64,000 nt of DNA from Leptospirales bacterium (lineage in GTDB: Bacteria > Spirochaetota > Leptospiria > Turneriellales > JAOUFE01), in NCBI GenBank assembly GCA_040326155.1, contig JBEQLE010000002.1, forward strand, positions 1-64,000. The letters are read 5' to 3'. Below, one piece after another: positions 52,304-61,734 of the stretch (positions within the stretch are counted from its first letter, which is position 1; every line of letters starts with the position of its first letter). A model generated the notes under the pieces. It was not told the origin of the DNA. It saw only the letters and a program-made list of their open reading frames with translations, and did no database searches. A program made the translations under genes and the position numbers.

Positions 52304-53491
52304 ATGTCACATGTATTAATTTTAGGCGGAGACGGTTATTTAGGCTGGCCCACGGCAATGTACTTTTCGGAACGAGGTTATGAAGTTACTGTAGTGGATA
52401 ATTATCTGCGCCGTTTCGGAAGCCAGAGGCTTGACACGGGACTTTTATTCGATGTTCCAAACTTGATACAACGAGCGACGCTCTGGTATGAGAAAACCGG
52501 AAAAGAGATTAAAGTTGTCATTGGCGACCTGGCTGATGCAGAAATAACTCGATCACTGTTCGACGGGCGTATTAAATACCATTGGTCTCATAACAAAAAG
52601 TTTACAGGTATTCCTGATACAATTATCCATTATGCTGAACAACCTTCGGCTCCTTATTCGATGATCGATTATAAACATTCTAATTTTACCATTCAAAATA
52701 ATTTACTGGTTACGAACAACATTATGTATGCTGTACGTGATTTTGCTCCGAAATCTCATATTATTAAACTGGGAACAATGGGAGAGTACGGAACTCCGAA
52801 TATCGATATTGAAGAGGGCTGGATAGAGATTGAGCATAAAGGACGAAAAGGAAAGTTTTTATACCCTCGTCAGGCTGGTTCCATTTACCACACATCAAAG
52901 ATTATGGATACGGATTTATTGTGGTTTGGCGTACGCATGTGGGACCTGAAAGTTACCGACTTGATGCAGGGACCGGTGTATGGAATTGAGACGGAAGAAT
53001 CGATTATCGATAAACGACTCAGGACGCTTTTTAATTATGATGAAATTTACGGAACAATTGTAAATCGCTTTATTACCCAGGCGGTAGTCGGTTATCCTTT
53101 GACGGTTTATGGTAAAGGTGGACAGACTCGTGGTTATCTTCATATTGAAGATACGTTGCAGTGCGTTCATAAATCGGAACAGACCCCGGCGAAAGAAGGT
53201 GAGCTGCGAATTTTCAACCAGATTATGGAAATGTTTTCAGCAAATGAACTTGCTGAAAAAACTCAAAAAATCGGCAAGCAGCTGGGATATGATGTTAAAA
53301 TAGAATCTATAGAAAACCCGCGTAAAGAGCAGGAAGAACACTACTACAATCCAACCTACCAGGGGCTGCTTGACCTTGGAGTAAAACCGCATTATTTAAA
53401 AGACGATTTAATGATCGATATGTTCCGGGTTGTGGAAGAGTATAAAGAGAATATTAGAAAAGAAGTTATCTTTCGAGGAATTAAATGGTAA
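52304..53491 (+). CDS. sqdB: UDP-sulfoquinovose synthase (SqdB/Agl3)
   Basis: GGDGYLGWPTA, AEQPSAPYSM, KLGTMGEYGTP, GSIYHTSK and NPRKEQEEHYY motifs. Confidence 0.9.
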   Translation: MSHVLILGGDGYLGWPTAMYFSERGYEVTVVDNYLRRFGSQRLDTGLLFDVPNLIQRATLWYEKTGKEIKVVIGDLADAEITRSLFDGRIKYHWSHNKKFTGIPDTIIHYAEQPSAPYSMIDYKHSNFTIQNNLLVTNNIMYAVRDFAPKSHIIKLGTMGEYGTPNIDIEEGWIEIEHKGRKGKFLYPRQAGSIYHTSKIMDTDLLWFGVRMWDLKVTDLMQGPVYGIETEESIIDKRLRTLFNYDEIYGTIVNRFITQAVVGYPLTVYGKGGQTRGYLHIEDTLQCVHKSEQTPAKEGELRIFNQIMEMFSANELAEKTQKIGKQLGYDVKIESIENPRKEQEEHYYNPTYQGLLDLGVKPHYLKDDLMIDMFRVVEEYKENIRKEVIFRGIKW

Positions 53492-54465
53492 AAAATTGGT
53501 TAATTACAGGCGGGTGCGGTTTTATCGGAACCGCCCTCATCACTAGAATTTTAAAAGAGAATCCAGAAGCGGGAATTCGCGTACTGGATAATCTATCGGT
53601 TGGGTCCAGAAACGACCTATCGGCAGTAGGGGAATTTAAAGAAATTATTGTTGCAGATACAAATGGTTCACCACAAGGCATTGAACTTCTCGTTGGCGAT
53701 ATTCGAGATATTTTTGAATGTAAAACCGCTGCAACGGGAGTTGACGTAATTGTACACCTGGCCGCAAATACAGGGGTCGGGCCGTCGGTTGAAAACCCCG
53801 TTTTTGACATGGAGTGTAACGTAAATGGTACGCTCAATATGCTGGAGGCAGCGCGTGAGAAAAGTATTGCGCAGTTTGTTTTTGCATCATCGGGAGCCCC
53901 GGTCGGTGAAGTTGAACCTCCTATTCATGAAGAGATCGCACCTCATCCGGTTTCGCCCTATGGGGCCAGTAAACTTGCCGGTGAAGGATATTGTTCAGCG
54001 TATTTTCAAACTTTCGAGGTGCGTACCGTTGCTTTGCGTTTTGGAAATGTCTATGGACCCGGCTCGAAACATAAGTCCAGCGTTGTGGCAAAATTTATAA
54101 GGCAGGCTCTGGAAGGAGAGACTTGTGAAGTATACGGCGACGGAAAACAAACTCGCGACTTTATCTATATAGACGATTTACTCGAAGCCGTTATACTAGC
54201 AGCCGAATTTGAAGATGGCGGCGAGGTGTTTCAAATTGCCACCAGCCGGGAAAGCACCGTAAACGAAGTCGTTGAAATGATTAAGCAAGAGCTAAAAGAA
54301 ATTGGCAACATCGATATGAAATTAGTATACGGAGAACGCCGGTTAGGCGATGTCTTGCGTAATTTTTCCGACACAACGAAAGCAAAAAATGTACTGGGCT
54401 GGGACCCTGAACACACTTTAAAAGACGGAATTCAAAAAACCGTTCGGTACTTTTTACCAGAATAG
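53485..54465 (+). CDS. NAD-dependent sugar epimerase/dehydratase
   Basis: [20 protein letters not shown] and RFGNVYGP motifs. Confidence 0.9.
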   Translation: MVKNWLITGGCGFIGTALITRILKENPEAGIRVLDNLSVGSRNDLSAVGEFKEIIVADTNGSPQGIELLVGDIRDIFECKTAATGVDVIVHLAANTGVGPSVENPVFDMECNVNGTLNMLEAAREKSIAQFVFASSGAPVGEVEPPIHEEIAPHPVSPYGASKLAGEGYCSAYFQTFEVRTVALRFGNVYGPGSKHKSSVVAKFIRQALEGETCEVYGDGKQTRDFIYIDDLLEAVILAAEFEDGGEVFQIATSRESTVNEVVEMIKQELKEIGNIDMKLVYGERRLGDVLRNFSDTTKAKNVLGWDPEHTLKDGIQKTVRYFLPE

Positions 54466-54746
54466 ATTGAAACGGATTTTTTTGTCCGCTCTTTATACCT
54501 GACAAAAAAAATAACATACCTCAGGATAGTAAAATTATACGCGGATGAGCCGAGAACGGAAAAATTGTACCAACCGCAATGTCGAAATATTATTTTCGTA
54601 TCGGCAGACAATATGATATTGCCAGGCAAAAGTGATCTGCCATAAAGTGTTTCTGATTAAGCTTTACTCAAAAACGAAACAGCGCTAAATACGATTAACA
54701 AGATGATTTTAAACTCCACCCCCGAATAATCAGATCTTGAATATTT

Positions 54747-55853
54747 ATGAATAAAAGAATTAAAACGCTCTTTATACGGCCCAACGCGATAAATGATCAC
54801 CAACTTTCTGCGATGGATCACTTTGCGATTGAAGCCTCAAAATCTGGTAAGTATGAAATTTATTTTCGAGGCTCCAGGCCGACGAAAACGGAAAATTTGA
54901 ATATTAAATACCTGGGTAATTATCCGGTTCGAAAAACTCCGGTGTCCGCTCTGAATTATTTTCTCAGCGCTATATCTGTCGCTTCCCAATGCAAAAATAT
55001 CGGCCCCGATCTTGTCCATATTAAATATCACAGAGCTGCCAGATTTCTTGCTCAGTTAATTCGCTGGAAAGTTCCCAAAGCTAAAATTGTACTGGATATT
55101 CGAACCTTACACACAACGCAAAAGATTTATGAGAAAATGAAACAAAGCGTCATAAAAACCAGTCGTTTGTTTGATTATATATTTGCTCTGAACCAGGATA
55201 TTCTGGATGAATATACGGACTCTTCGGTACCGGCGTCGCTTTTACCGCTTGGTTATGATCCTGCTGTTTTCTTTCTTCCCGATAAACCGCTTAAACGAAA
55301 AAAACTTTCTACTTTAAAATGTATCTATTATGGTTCGATGAATCGGCAAAGGACTCTGGAGGTTCTTATTTTCGGACTTTTGTATGCGCTGGAGCAAGGC
55401 GCTTTGGTTGAAGCCTCTTTTTTTGGTGGAGGAGACGACAAAAGTCGGTTGGAATCGTTGGTACCGGAGAAATATGCCAATTGTATAACATTTCATAAAT
55501 CAATACCTGCTGAACAACTTACGTCTTTTATGCACCAGTCTCATGTCGGGTTAGCGTATGTTCCCGTGAATAATTTGTTTGACCCGAATTTGCCTTTGAA
55601 AACAATCGAGATGGCAGCCACCGGAATTCCAATTCTGGCAACTGGTACAAGGGGCAATTCTTTGATTATAAGGCAGAATATAAATGGCAGGCTGGTCGAT
55701 GACAATGCAAAGGCAATCGGCAAAGAATTGCTGAATATTTATAAGACTGGTTTTTCTTTACGGGGAGAAACCGTGAATTTAAAAGAGTATCAATGGGCGG
55801 CATTAACTGAAACGTATTTATTGCCCGTTTACAAAAAATTAGTTAAGGAATAA
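54747..55853 (+). CDS. GT4 glycosyltransferase
   Basis: YYGSMN..R and PLKTIEMAATGIPILAT motifs. Confidence 0.85.
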   Translation: MNKRIKTLFIRPNAINDHQLSAMDHFAIEASKSGKYEIYFRGSRPTKTENLNIKYLGNYPVRKTPVSALNYFLSAISVASQCKNIGPDLVHIKYHRAARFLAQLIRWKVPKAKIVLDIRTLHTTQKIYEKMKQSVIKTSRLFDYIFALNQDILDEYTDSSVPASLLPLGYDPAVFFLPDKPLKRKKLSTLKCIYYGSMNRQRTLEVLIFGLLYALEQGALVEASFFGGGDDKSRLESLVPEKYANCITFHKSIPAEQLTSFMHQSHVGLAYVPVNNLFDPNLPLKTIEMAATGIPILATGTRGNSLIIRQNINGRLVDDNAKAIGKELLNIYKTGFSLRGETVNLKEYQWAALTETYLLPVYKKLVKE

Positions 55854-55866
55854 TGTTAATATCAGC

Positions 55867-56757
55867 ATGAAACTATATAAGTATTATAATTTATTTTCAC
55901 GATGGAGCTTCAGCAAAAAGGTATTCAATTTTTTAATACGGCGTACTTTTTTTCAAAAAGTAATCGGATTATTTTCAAAACCTGTTGAGCCTGAGAAATG
56001 GGTTTTTATTTTGGGTTGTTATAACTCTGGAAGTACTTTATTAAGTCAAATTCTCGGTGCTCACGATTCGATGTCCAGCCTGCCGATTGAAGGAGTTTTT
56101 TTAACGGAACAACTGCCTTCGCCTGAAGATTACGGGTGGCCTCGAATGTGGATAAAGTGCAGCGACAAAGTCGGTTTGTCCGGTTTTTCCGAAGAGCAGT
56201 TGGCCCAAAAAGCCCGGAAAGTAAAAAAGCAGTGGTCGAGTTGGTTCAACCCATCCAAAAAAATCTACGTAGAAAAATCAATCGCAAACGCAGCGCGAAT
56301 CGGTTTTTTCAACAAACAGTTTAGTTCGGCATATTTTATACATATAGTCAGAAACGGTTACGCTGTATCCAGGGGCATACAAAAAAAAGCGAATCCCGCA
56401 AAGTGGGGAAATCGTGAATTTGGCGACTCCTACCCACTGGATATGTGTGCCAGACAGTGGGCTGAAACCGACGAGACAATTCGAAAAGCAAAACCAGAGC
56501 TTAATCACTATTTGCAGATCTCTTATGAAGATTTAAGTGACCGTTCCATGGAGACGCTGAATAAAATTACGAAATTTTTAGGCGTGGGGCCGTTCGATAA
56601 ATCGGTTCTGGAGGTAGAGTGGAATTTTGGCTCTGTTACATCAAAGTTGAAAAACATGAATTTTCTGGTTCTCGATAAGATTTCGCCAGAGGAAAAAAGG
56701 GAAGTCCGAAAAGAGGGCAAAGAGATTCTAAAAAAGTATGGCTACGAAAAAAAGTAA
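55867..56757 (+). CDS. Sulfotransferase
   Basis: FILGCYNSGST, VEKS, HIVRNG and ISYEDL motifs. Confidence 0.87.
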   Translation: MKLYKYYNLFSRWSFSKKVFNFLIRRTFFQKVIGLFSKPVEPEKWVFILGCYNSGSTLLSQILGAHDSMSSLPIEGVFLTEQLPSPEDYGWPRMWIKCSDKVGLSGFSEEQLAQKARKVKKQWSSWFNPSKKIYVEKSIANAARIGFFNKQFSSAYFIHIVRNGYAVSRGIQKKANPAKWGNREFGDSYPLDMCARQWAETDETIRKAKPELNHYLQISYEDLSDRSMETLNKITKFLGVGPFDKSVLEVEWNFGSVTSKLKNMNFLVLDKISPEEKREVRKEGKEILKKYGYEKK

Positions 56758-57670
56758 AAAACAGGTTTTTATAACAGGCGATGTTCACGATTCGCAGTTG
56801 CGAGGCTATGACAGCAAATGGTTAAAACGTTATCACAAGATGGACGAAATCGACTGCGCCTTGAAATATGGAGAATTGGCAGAAAAATATAAAATTCCGG
56901 TTACGCTTTTTTTTACCGGCAGATGTTTATCAGAACAAAAACGGATGCAATCTTTGCAGTTAAATTCATTCGTTGAATTCGGAGCTCATACATACAACGC
57001 ACTCCAACCATCCTGGCTGCACCTGATATTCAAATTATTTCTAAAGTCTTATTACGGTCCGCTTAAATTCCAGCTTCGGGACATTCTAAAAACACAAAAA
57101 ATATTCCGGAATTTCAACGGCGATAATATTCAACTGTGGCGAACACACGCCTACCAGTCAAACAACAATACATTAGACATATTGCGCGATCAAAGTTTTA
57201 AGGTCATCTCGGATGACGTTCGCTTGGACGGATCTGAAATATCACAAGTTCGAAACGGGTTGTACTCTGTGCCGATTAACACTCCGCCCGATCATGAGAA
57301 TCTATACCATGGTTTTTTTAATGAGACAAGATTAAAAGAGAACAAAATGTTGATGCATAGCCTCGGGTCAATATTTCGTGTAAGTCCCACTGCGGCAAAT
57401 GGTATACGTTTCACAAAAGAGCTCATTAAAAAATTGCTCGGACGTCGTCCGAAAGTCGATTTGACCAAACCTGTCGCTTACAGTGTTACGGACTATTTTT
57501 CCCACTTGAAAAAAGAAACAGAAGAGGCCCTGGCGCGCGACGGGTATGCCATGATTTTACTGCATCCGGGTTGTATGGAAATCGCCGATAAAATGAACGG
57601 TTTAGAAGATTTTTTTCTATACCTGGGAAAATTCAATGTCTCTTTTTTAGGCGACGCTGAATTGCGTTGA
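56738..57670 (+). CDS. Polysaccharide deacetylase (CE4/NodB-like)
   Basis: TGDVH, VTLFFTG, EFGAHTY and LLHP motifs. Confidence 0.7.
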   Translation: MATKKSKKQVFITGDVHDSQLRGYDSKWLKRYHKMDEIDCALKYGELAEKYKIPVTLFFTGRCLSEQKRMQSLQLNSFVEFGAHTYNALQPSWLHLIFKLFLKSYYGPLKFQLRDILKTQKIFRNFNGDNIQLWRTHAYQSNNNTLDILRDQSFKVISDDVRLDGSEISQVRNGLYSVPINTPPDHENLYHGFFNETRLKENKMLMHSLGSIFRVSPTAANGIRFTKELIKKLLGRRPKVDLTKPVAYSVTDYFSHLKKETEEALARDGYAMILLHPGCMEIADKMNGLEDFFLYLGKFNVSFLGDAELR

Positions 57671-58114
57671 AGTAATTTGCAATCCAATCTCCTTTGGCTT
57701 GATTCGTCTTAAAGCGAAATCAACTTTATGAATTATTTCCTGAATATTTAAACCGTTTCTAATTTGAACAATCGAATGAATACTGATCTCGATAGTTACG
57801 ACTAGACCGTGTATCCTGTAATGATTATTTGATTTAGTGCGCATGGTAACCCTTGCATCGCTGTTTCATGGGCAATGGATATTACCGGAAAAACCTGGCC
57901 GTAGAATATCTTTTTCCGGTTTACGAAAAATTGGTCTCTTCTCAGTGAATATGAAGTTTGGAACCAATGAATAAAATAGACTTAAAAAATAAATCGCTCC
58001 TGGTTGTTGTCAACCACCATTTGCTCTATAATGGGACTAGCTACTACTCTTCGAATTCACTGTTCTTTAAGTTTTTGAATCAGTTGTATCGATAGCCTGA
58101 ACCACGATCTTGTT

Positions 58115-58823
58115 TTATAAGTTCTGTTTCAGAAGTTTAAGAACATAAGGCATATAATAAGCGCGACCATTATCATTTAAATGAGCTTGGTCTGCAAAAT
58201 AAATATCATTTTTAATAAGCATGTTTTCGGGAATTCGTATATGAGCTAAATTCATATATTTCTCTTCCAGCTCTGCCATTTTTTTGTTAATAACAGGGTT
58301 ATACTGGGGTTGGGGTAAATCCAGAATGATCAGTTTAATTCCTTTTTGTTCACATAACAAGTACAACTCTTCGAGTAAATGGAAACTTATGTCCGTCCAA
58401 TTCTGGTCGGAAGTTATCGATTTTTTTTCTTTGTAGCTGATTTGACCAAGCTTGTTTTGTTAAATCATCCCACGTTTCCGTGCGAACTTTATTTCGATAT
58501 CTTTTCTTGTTTTGTGGCATTACCTCTGTGTTGTGCGGCAAGTTTTGAGACTTAGCATATGGAAAATTTCGTTTTATAAATTTAGTGGAACTTTTTAGAT
58601 AGTATATATACGGATTTATTAGCCGGACTATTTTGTAGGATAGTTTAATATCGTCTTTTTTCAATCCGTATAATTCCGTGAATCTATTTTGCCTCAAATT
58701 GGGTATATCTTTTGAACTTTTTTCCGGTGTTTGTTCTTTTTGTCGAGTGGTTGTTTTATAGAGGTAAAAAACAAAAGATGAAAATAATAGAAATATGAAA
58801 ACATGAATGACAGTAGATAACAT
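58115..58823 (-). pseudogene. Frameshifted, internally shortened DltD-like/SGNH paralog
   Basis: ORFs 58350-58823 and 58115-58366 both align with the 63349-64000 protein (INPYIY/INPYVY; LYLLCEQKG..IILDLPQ; YFADxxHLND.GRAYY). Removing one base from the T8 run at 58421-58428 joins them. Confidence 0.75.
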
Positions 58824-58976
58824 AATAGTTATAGTTCACGCGATAGAATGATAAAACAACCTGTACTGTTAAGTGGCTCGTTTATGGAAGGGGGCGGGTA
58901 TTTTTCCTTCGTACTCTTGCCGCTCAAACTCCTGAACTATGTATTGACAACATGATCCCAAAAGGAATAAGTTCAT

Positions 58977-60377
58977 ATGAATACCGTTGTTAAAATTATA
59001 GGTCTAGTCGGTTCCATTCGTTCAAACCACAATCATTTGGATGAGCTTTCTCAGATCATCCATGTGTCTGCAGATCTTGATACGCTTTTGAAAAACATCA
59101 AGGCTTGCCCTCATGTGTTTTCAAATACCGATATTGCTGTAGCAGCAGCACTCATGGGGGCAAAAAGTAACGGCGCCGCCGTTGAAATTATTTCTCTCGT
59201 TGATTTGTTCCGCCACCGGAGCGAAGATTTATACAAAGAACTGGATAGCTTTGCGACGATCGATGATCTTGATGAAATTGACACGTTATCCATTAATGAT
59301 AAAGCCCTTGTTTCGATTATGCAATCCCTGACAGAGTGTCATGGTATCATCCTCGGGTCTCCCGTTTATTTCGGAGATCGTTCTTCGGTCGCGAATAAAA
59401 TTCTTCAACTGACCGGTAAATCTGATATTTTGAAAGATAAAGCTTTTGGGTCGGTTGCCACCGGTGCGAAGCGAAATGGGGGTCAGGAGACGACAATTAT
59501 TTACACGCTATACGAAGCCATCCTTCAAGGAGCAGTTGCCGTGGGCAATGGGCCAAAAACAGCTCAGTACGGTGGGACCGTATATGCCGGCGATGTCGGT
59601 AAGGCCGTTGAAGACGTCTTCGGTATGGATACCTCTTTTGGAACGGGTCGTCAGGTCGCGCAGCTGGCAAAAATTATTCAAGCCGGTACGATCAGTCCGG
59701 CAAAGCGAAAACCCAAAACCCTGTTTTTAGTAACTATGGACAATGCCGAAAAAAAATATCAGAAAACTCTGGAAGATTATATTAAAAAGCAAAAACATGA
59801 GTTTGACCATGAAGTTGTTAACCTGACTACGGAAAATATTTATCGGTGTATTGCCTGCAGTGCCTGTCCCTCGCCTGCTTTAACCGAAAAGTATAAAGAT
59901 CAGGAAAATCCATATACTTGTGTCGTCCAAACTTCGAAAGATAATATGAAGTATCTGCGGGAAAAAATGGTAGATGTCGACGTTATCGTTCTAGTTGGAG
60001 TAAATACCAATGAACCGCTTACATATCGCTACCAGGCTTTTATGGAGAGGACCAGGTTTATACGACGTAACGATTTCGAGCTTACGAATAAAATTATTCT
60101 GAGTTTAAATATTGAGGAAGTCGGGGCGACTAAGAACAATATTTTTGACGTTAAGGCAATTACGTCTTTTATTCGTCATAATACCGTCATTGTGAAACCG
60201 TTACAGTTGATTTTTCACAAGGGTAAAATTCTGGTAGAACCTGATTTCGCAGAATATTTCCCCATTTTTGATAAAATTGTAAATGGACGTTTTGAAATCG
60301 ATCCTTTTGAAGTGAGTTATAAAGCGACAGGGTATGATAACAAAACACTGGACCATACTGCGGCAATCCGAAGGTAA
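58977..60377 (+). CDS. Tandem flavodoxin-like Fe-S protein, paralog of 24448-25848 (cassette 2)
   Basis: Same length (466 aa); shares GSIRSNHNH, PVYFGDRSSVANKILQLT, GAKRNGGQE, CxxCxxC-x17-C and YRYQAFMERTRFIRR. Confidence 0.85.
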   Translation: MNTVVKIIGLVGSIRSNHNHLDELSQIIHVSADLDTLLKNIKACPHVFSNTDIAVAAALMGAKSNGAAVEIISLVDLFRHRSEDLYKELDSFATIDDLDEIDTLSINDKALVSIMQSLTECHGIILGSPVYFGDRSSVANKILQLTGKSDILKDKAFGSVATGAKRNGGQETTIIYTLYEAILQGAVAVGNGPKTAQYGGTVYAGDVGKAVEDVFGMDTSFGTGRQVAQLAKIIQAGTISPAKRKPKTLFLVTMDNAEKKYQKTLEDYIKKQKHEFDHEVVNLTTENIYRCIACSACPSPALTEKYKDQENPYTCVVQTSKDNMKYLREKMVDVDVIVLVGVNTNEPLTYRYQAFMERTRFIRRNDFELTNKIILSLNIEEVGATKNNIFDVKAITSFIRHNTVIVKPLQLIFHKGKILVEPDFAEYFPIFDKIVNGRFEIDPFEVSYKATGYDNKTLDHTAAIRR

Positions 60378-60381
60378 TTGT

Positions 60382-60504
60382 TTAGAAACCCATATAACGA
60401 AACGGGCGAAAACCGGCATTTTTCATGAGTACAACGATGAGAACTACCCAGTATAAGATAGAAAAAAGAAATCCGTAAAACAATGACCTGAATAATAATT
60501 TCAT
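60382..60504 (-). CDS. DltX-like 40-aa membrane peptide (not in the ORF track), cassette 2
   Basis: Hand translation of the reverse strand: MKLLFRSLFYGFLFSILYWVVLIVVLMKNAGFRPFRYMGF*. AGGAGA RBS at 60509-60514, one TM helix, C-terminal FRYMGF; directly follows the MBOAT. Confidence 0.87.
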   Translation of the reverse strand: MKLLFRSLFYGFLFSILYWVVLIVVLMKNAGFRPFRYMGF

Positions 60505-60513
60505 AGTTTCTCC

Positions 60514-61728
60514 TTAATTAAACAGAATTGCAAACGCGTAAGAATACAACTTTACTACAACCTGAAAATCGTGTACGGCTACCATCACAAACACAAATGA
60601 AACAAAATATATTGTAATTATATTACCGGTAATGCGCAGGAACAATGCGCCTGCCTTGTTGTTTTTCATCCGTTTAAACCATCTCATTTCCCGAATTTTA
60701 CCGTAAAAGTTGATTCCAGTTGCATGTAATATTGCCCAGGTTATCCAGTTTAATGTTAATGCGTGCCATATTCCGATGGTCAACATGCTCAGGTAGGTCG
60801 ATATCCAGGCTTTTTTAGTTTTAATTAAGGCTGGAAAAAAAACATAGTCTCGTGTCCAGTTTGATAAAGACATGTGCCACCTTTGCCAGAACATGGAAAG
60901 GTTGCTTGCCAACAGAGGTTTGTTAAAATTTTCCTGATGGGTAAAACCCAGTAATTTAGAAAAAGATTTACTGATTTCCGTATACAACATTAAATCGAAG
61001 TAGGCATGGATGAAAGCGCTAAAACCAAAAAGTGAGAGTTTCAGAAAAAACAAATGGTCTTTCCCACTATCCATATTTTGCATTAGTAAAGGTAACGTTT
61101 TCTCGTATGTGTATTGGTATAAATAATTATCGATAAGCAAAAATTTCACACTTATGGCGGTAAATAGTAAAAGGTAAATATTACGACGGGGCTTTCCGGA
61201 AAACTGTGTTTCGAGATATTTAAAGTCACGAAATCTTTGAATAGGGCCGGCCAGTATTATTGGGAAGAAAAAGACGTATGAATAATAATCTATCGGGTTT
61301 ATATTTTCGAACTCCTTCGGACGATTCGCATAATCAATCATCATCGATAATAACCTGAAATAGTAATAAGAGACGCCTAAAGGTATATATGGATTTTCAA
61401 TGTTCAGAAAATACTGGTAATCTTTTATCAGTAACAAGAGCCCGATGGAGCATAAGACAAACAGAGATAACTTTTTTTTAATCTGTATTTTTTTGTATAT
61501 AAGAATATAAACAATGGTTGATAATAACAGCAGTTGAAAAAATGACCCTACGTCGAGCCAGATTAGAAGTCCACCGGAGATGATAATGATAAGGGACTTT
61601 TTTTTATGGATATTTTCATTTTTAAAAGACCATTCAAGAAAAATGATAATAGATATTACAATAATGATAAAAAAGATTATAAGGTTATCGCCCAGAAAAT
61701 CTGCAATTTCTAAAATAGTTTCCAGCAT
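60514..61728 (-). CDS. MBOAT acyltransferase (DltB/AlgI family), cassette 2
   Basis: PLGVSYYYFR, AGPIQR, ENFNKP, FWQRWHMSLS and GIWH motifs. Confidence 0.93.
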   Translation of the reverse strand: MLETILEIADFLGDNLIIFFIIIVISIIIFLEWSFKNENIHKKKSLIIIISGGLLIWLDVGSFFQLLLLSTIVYILIYKKIQIKKKLSLFVLCSIGLLLLIKDYQYFLNIENPYIPLGVSYYYFRLLSMMIDYANRPKEFENINPIDYYSYVFFFPIILAGPIQRFRDFKYLETQFSGKPRRNIYLLLFTAISVKFLLIDNYLYQYTYEKTLPLLMQNMDSGKDHLFFLKLSLFGFSAFIHAYFDLMLYTEISKSFSKLLGFTHQENFNKPLLASNLSMFWQRWHMSLSNWTRDYVFFPALIKTKKAWISTYLSMLTIGIWHALTLNWITWAILHATGINFYGKIREMRWFKRMKNNKAGALFLRITGNIITIYFVSFVFVMVAVHDFQVVVKLYSYAFAILFN

Positions 61729-61734
61729 AATTTT

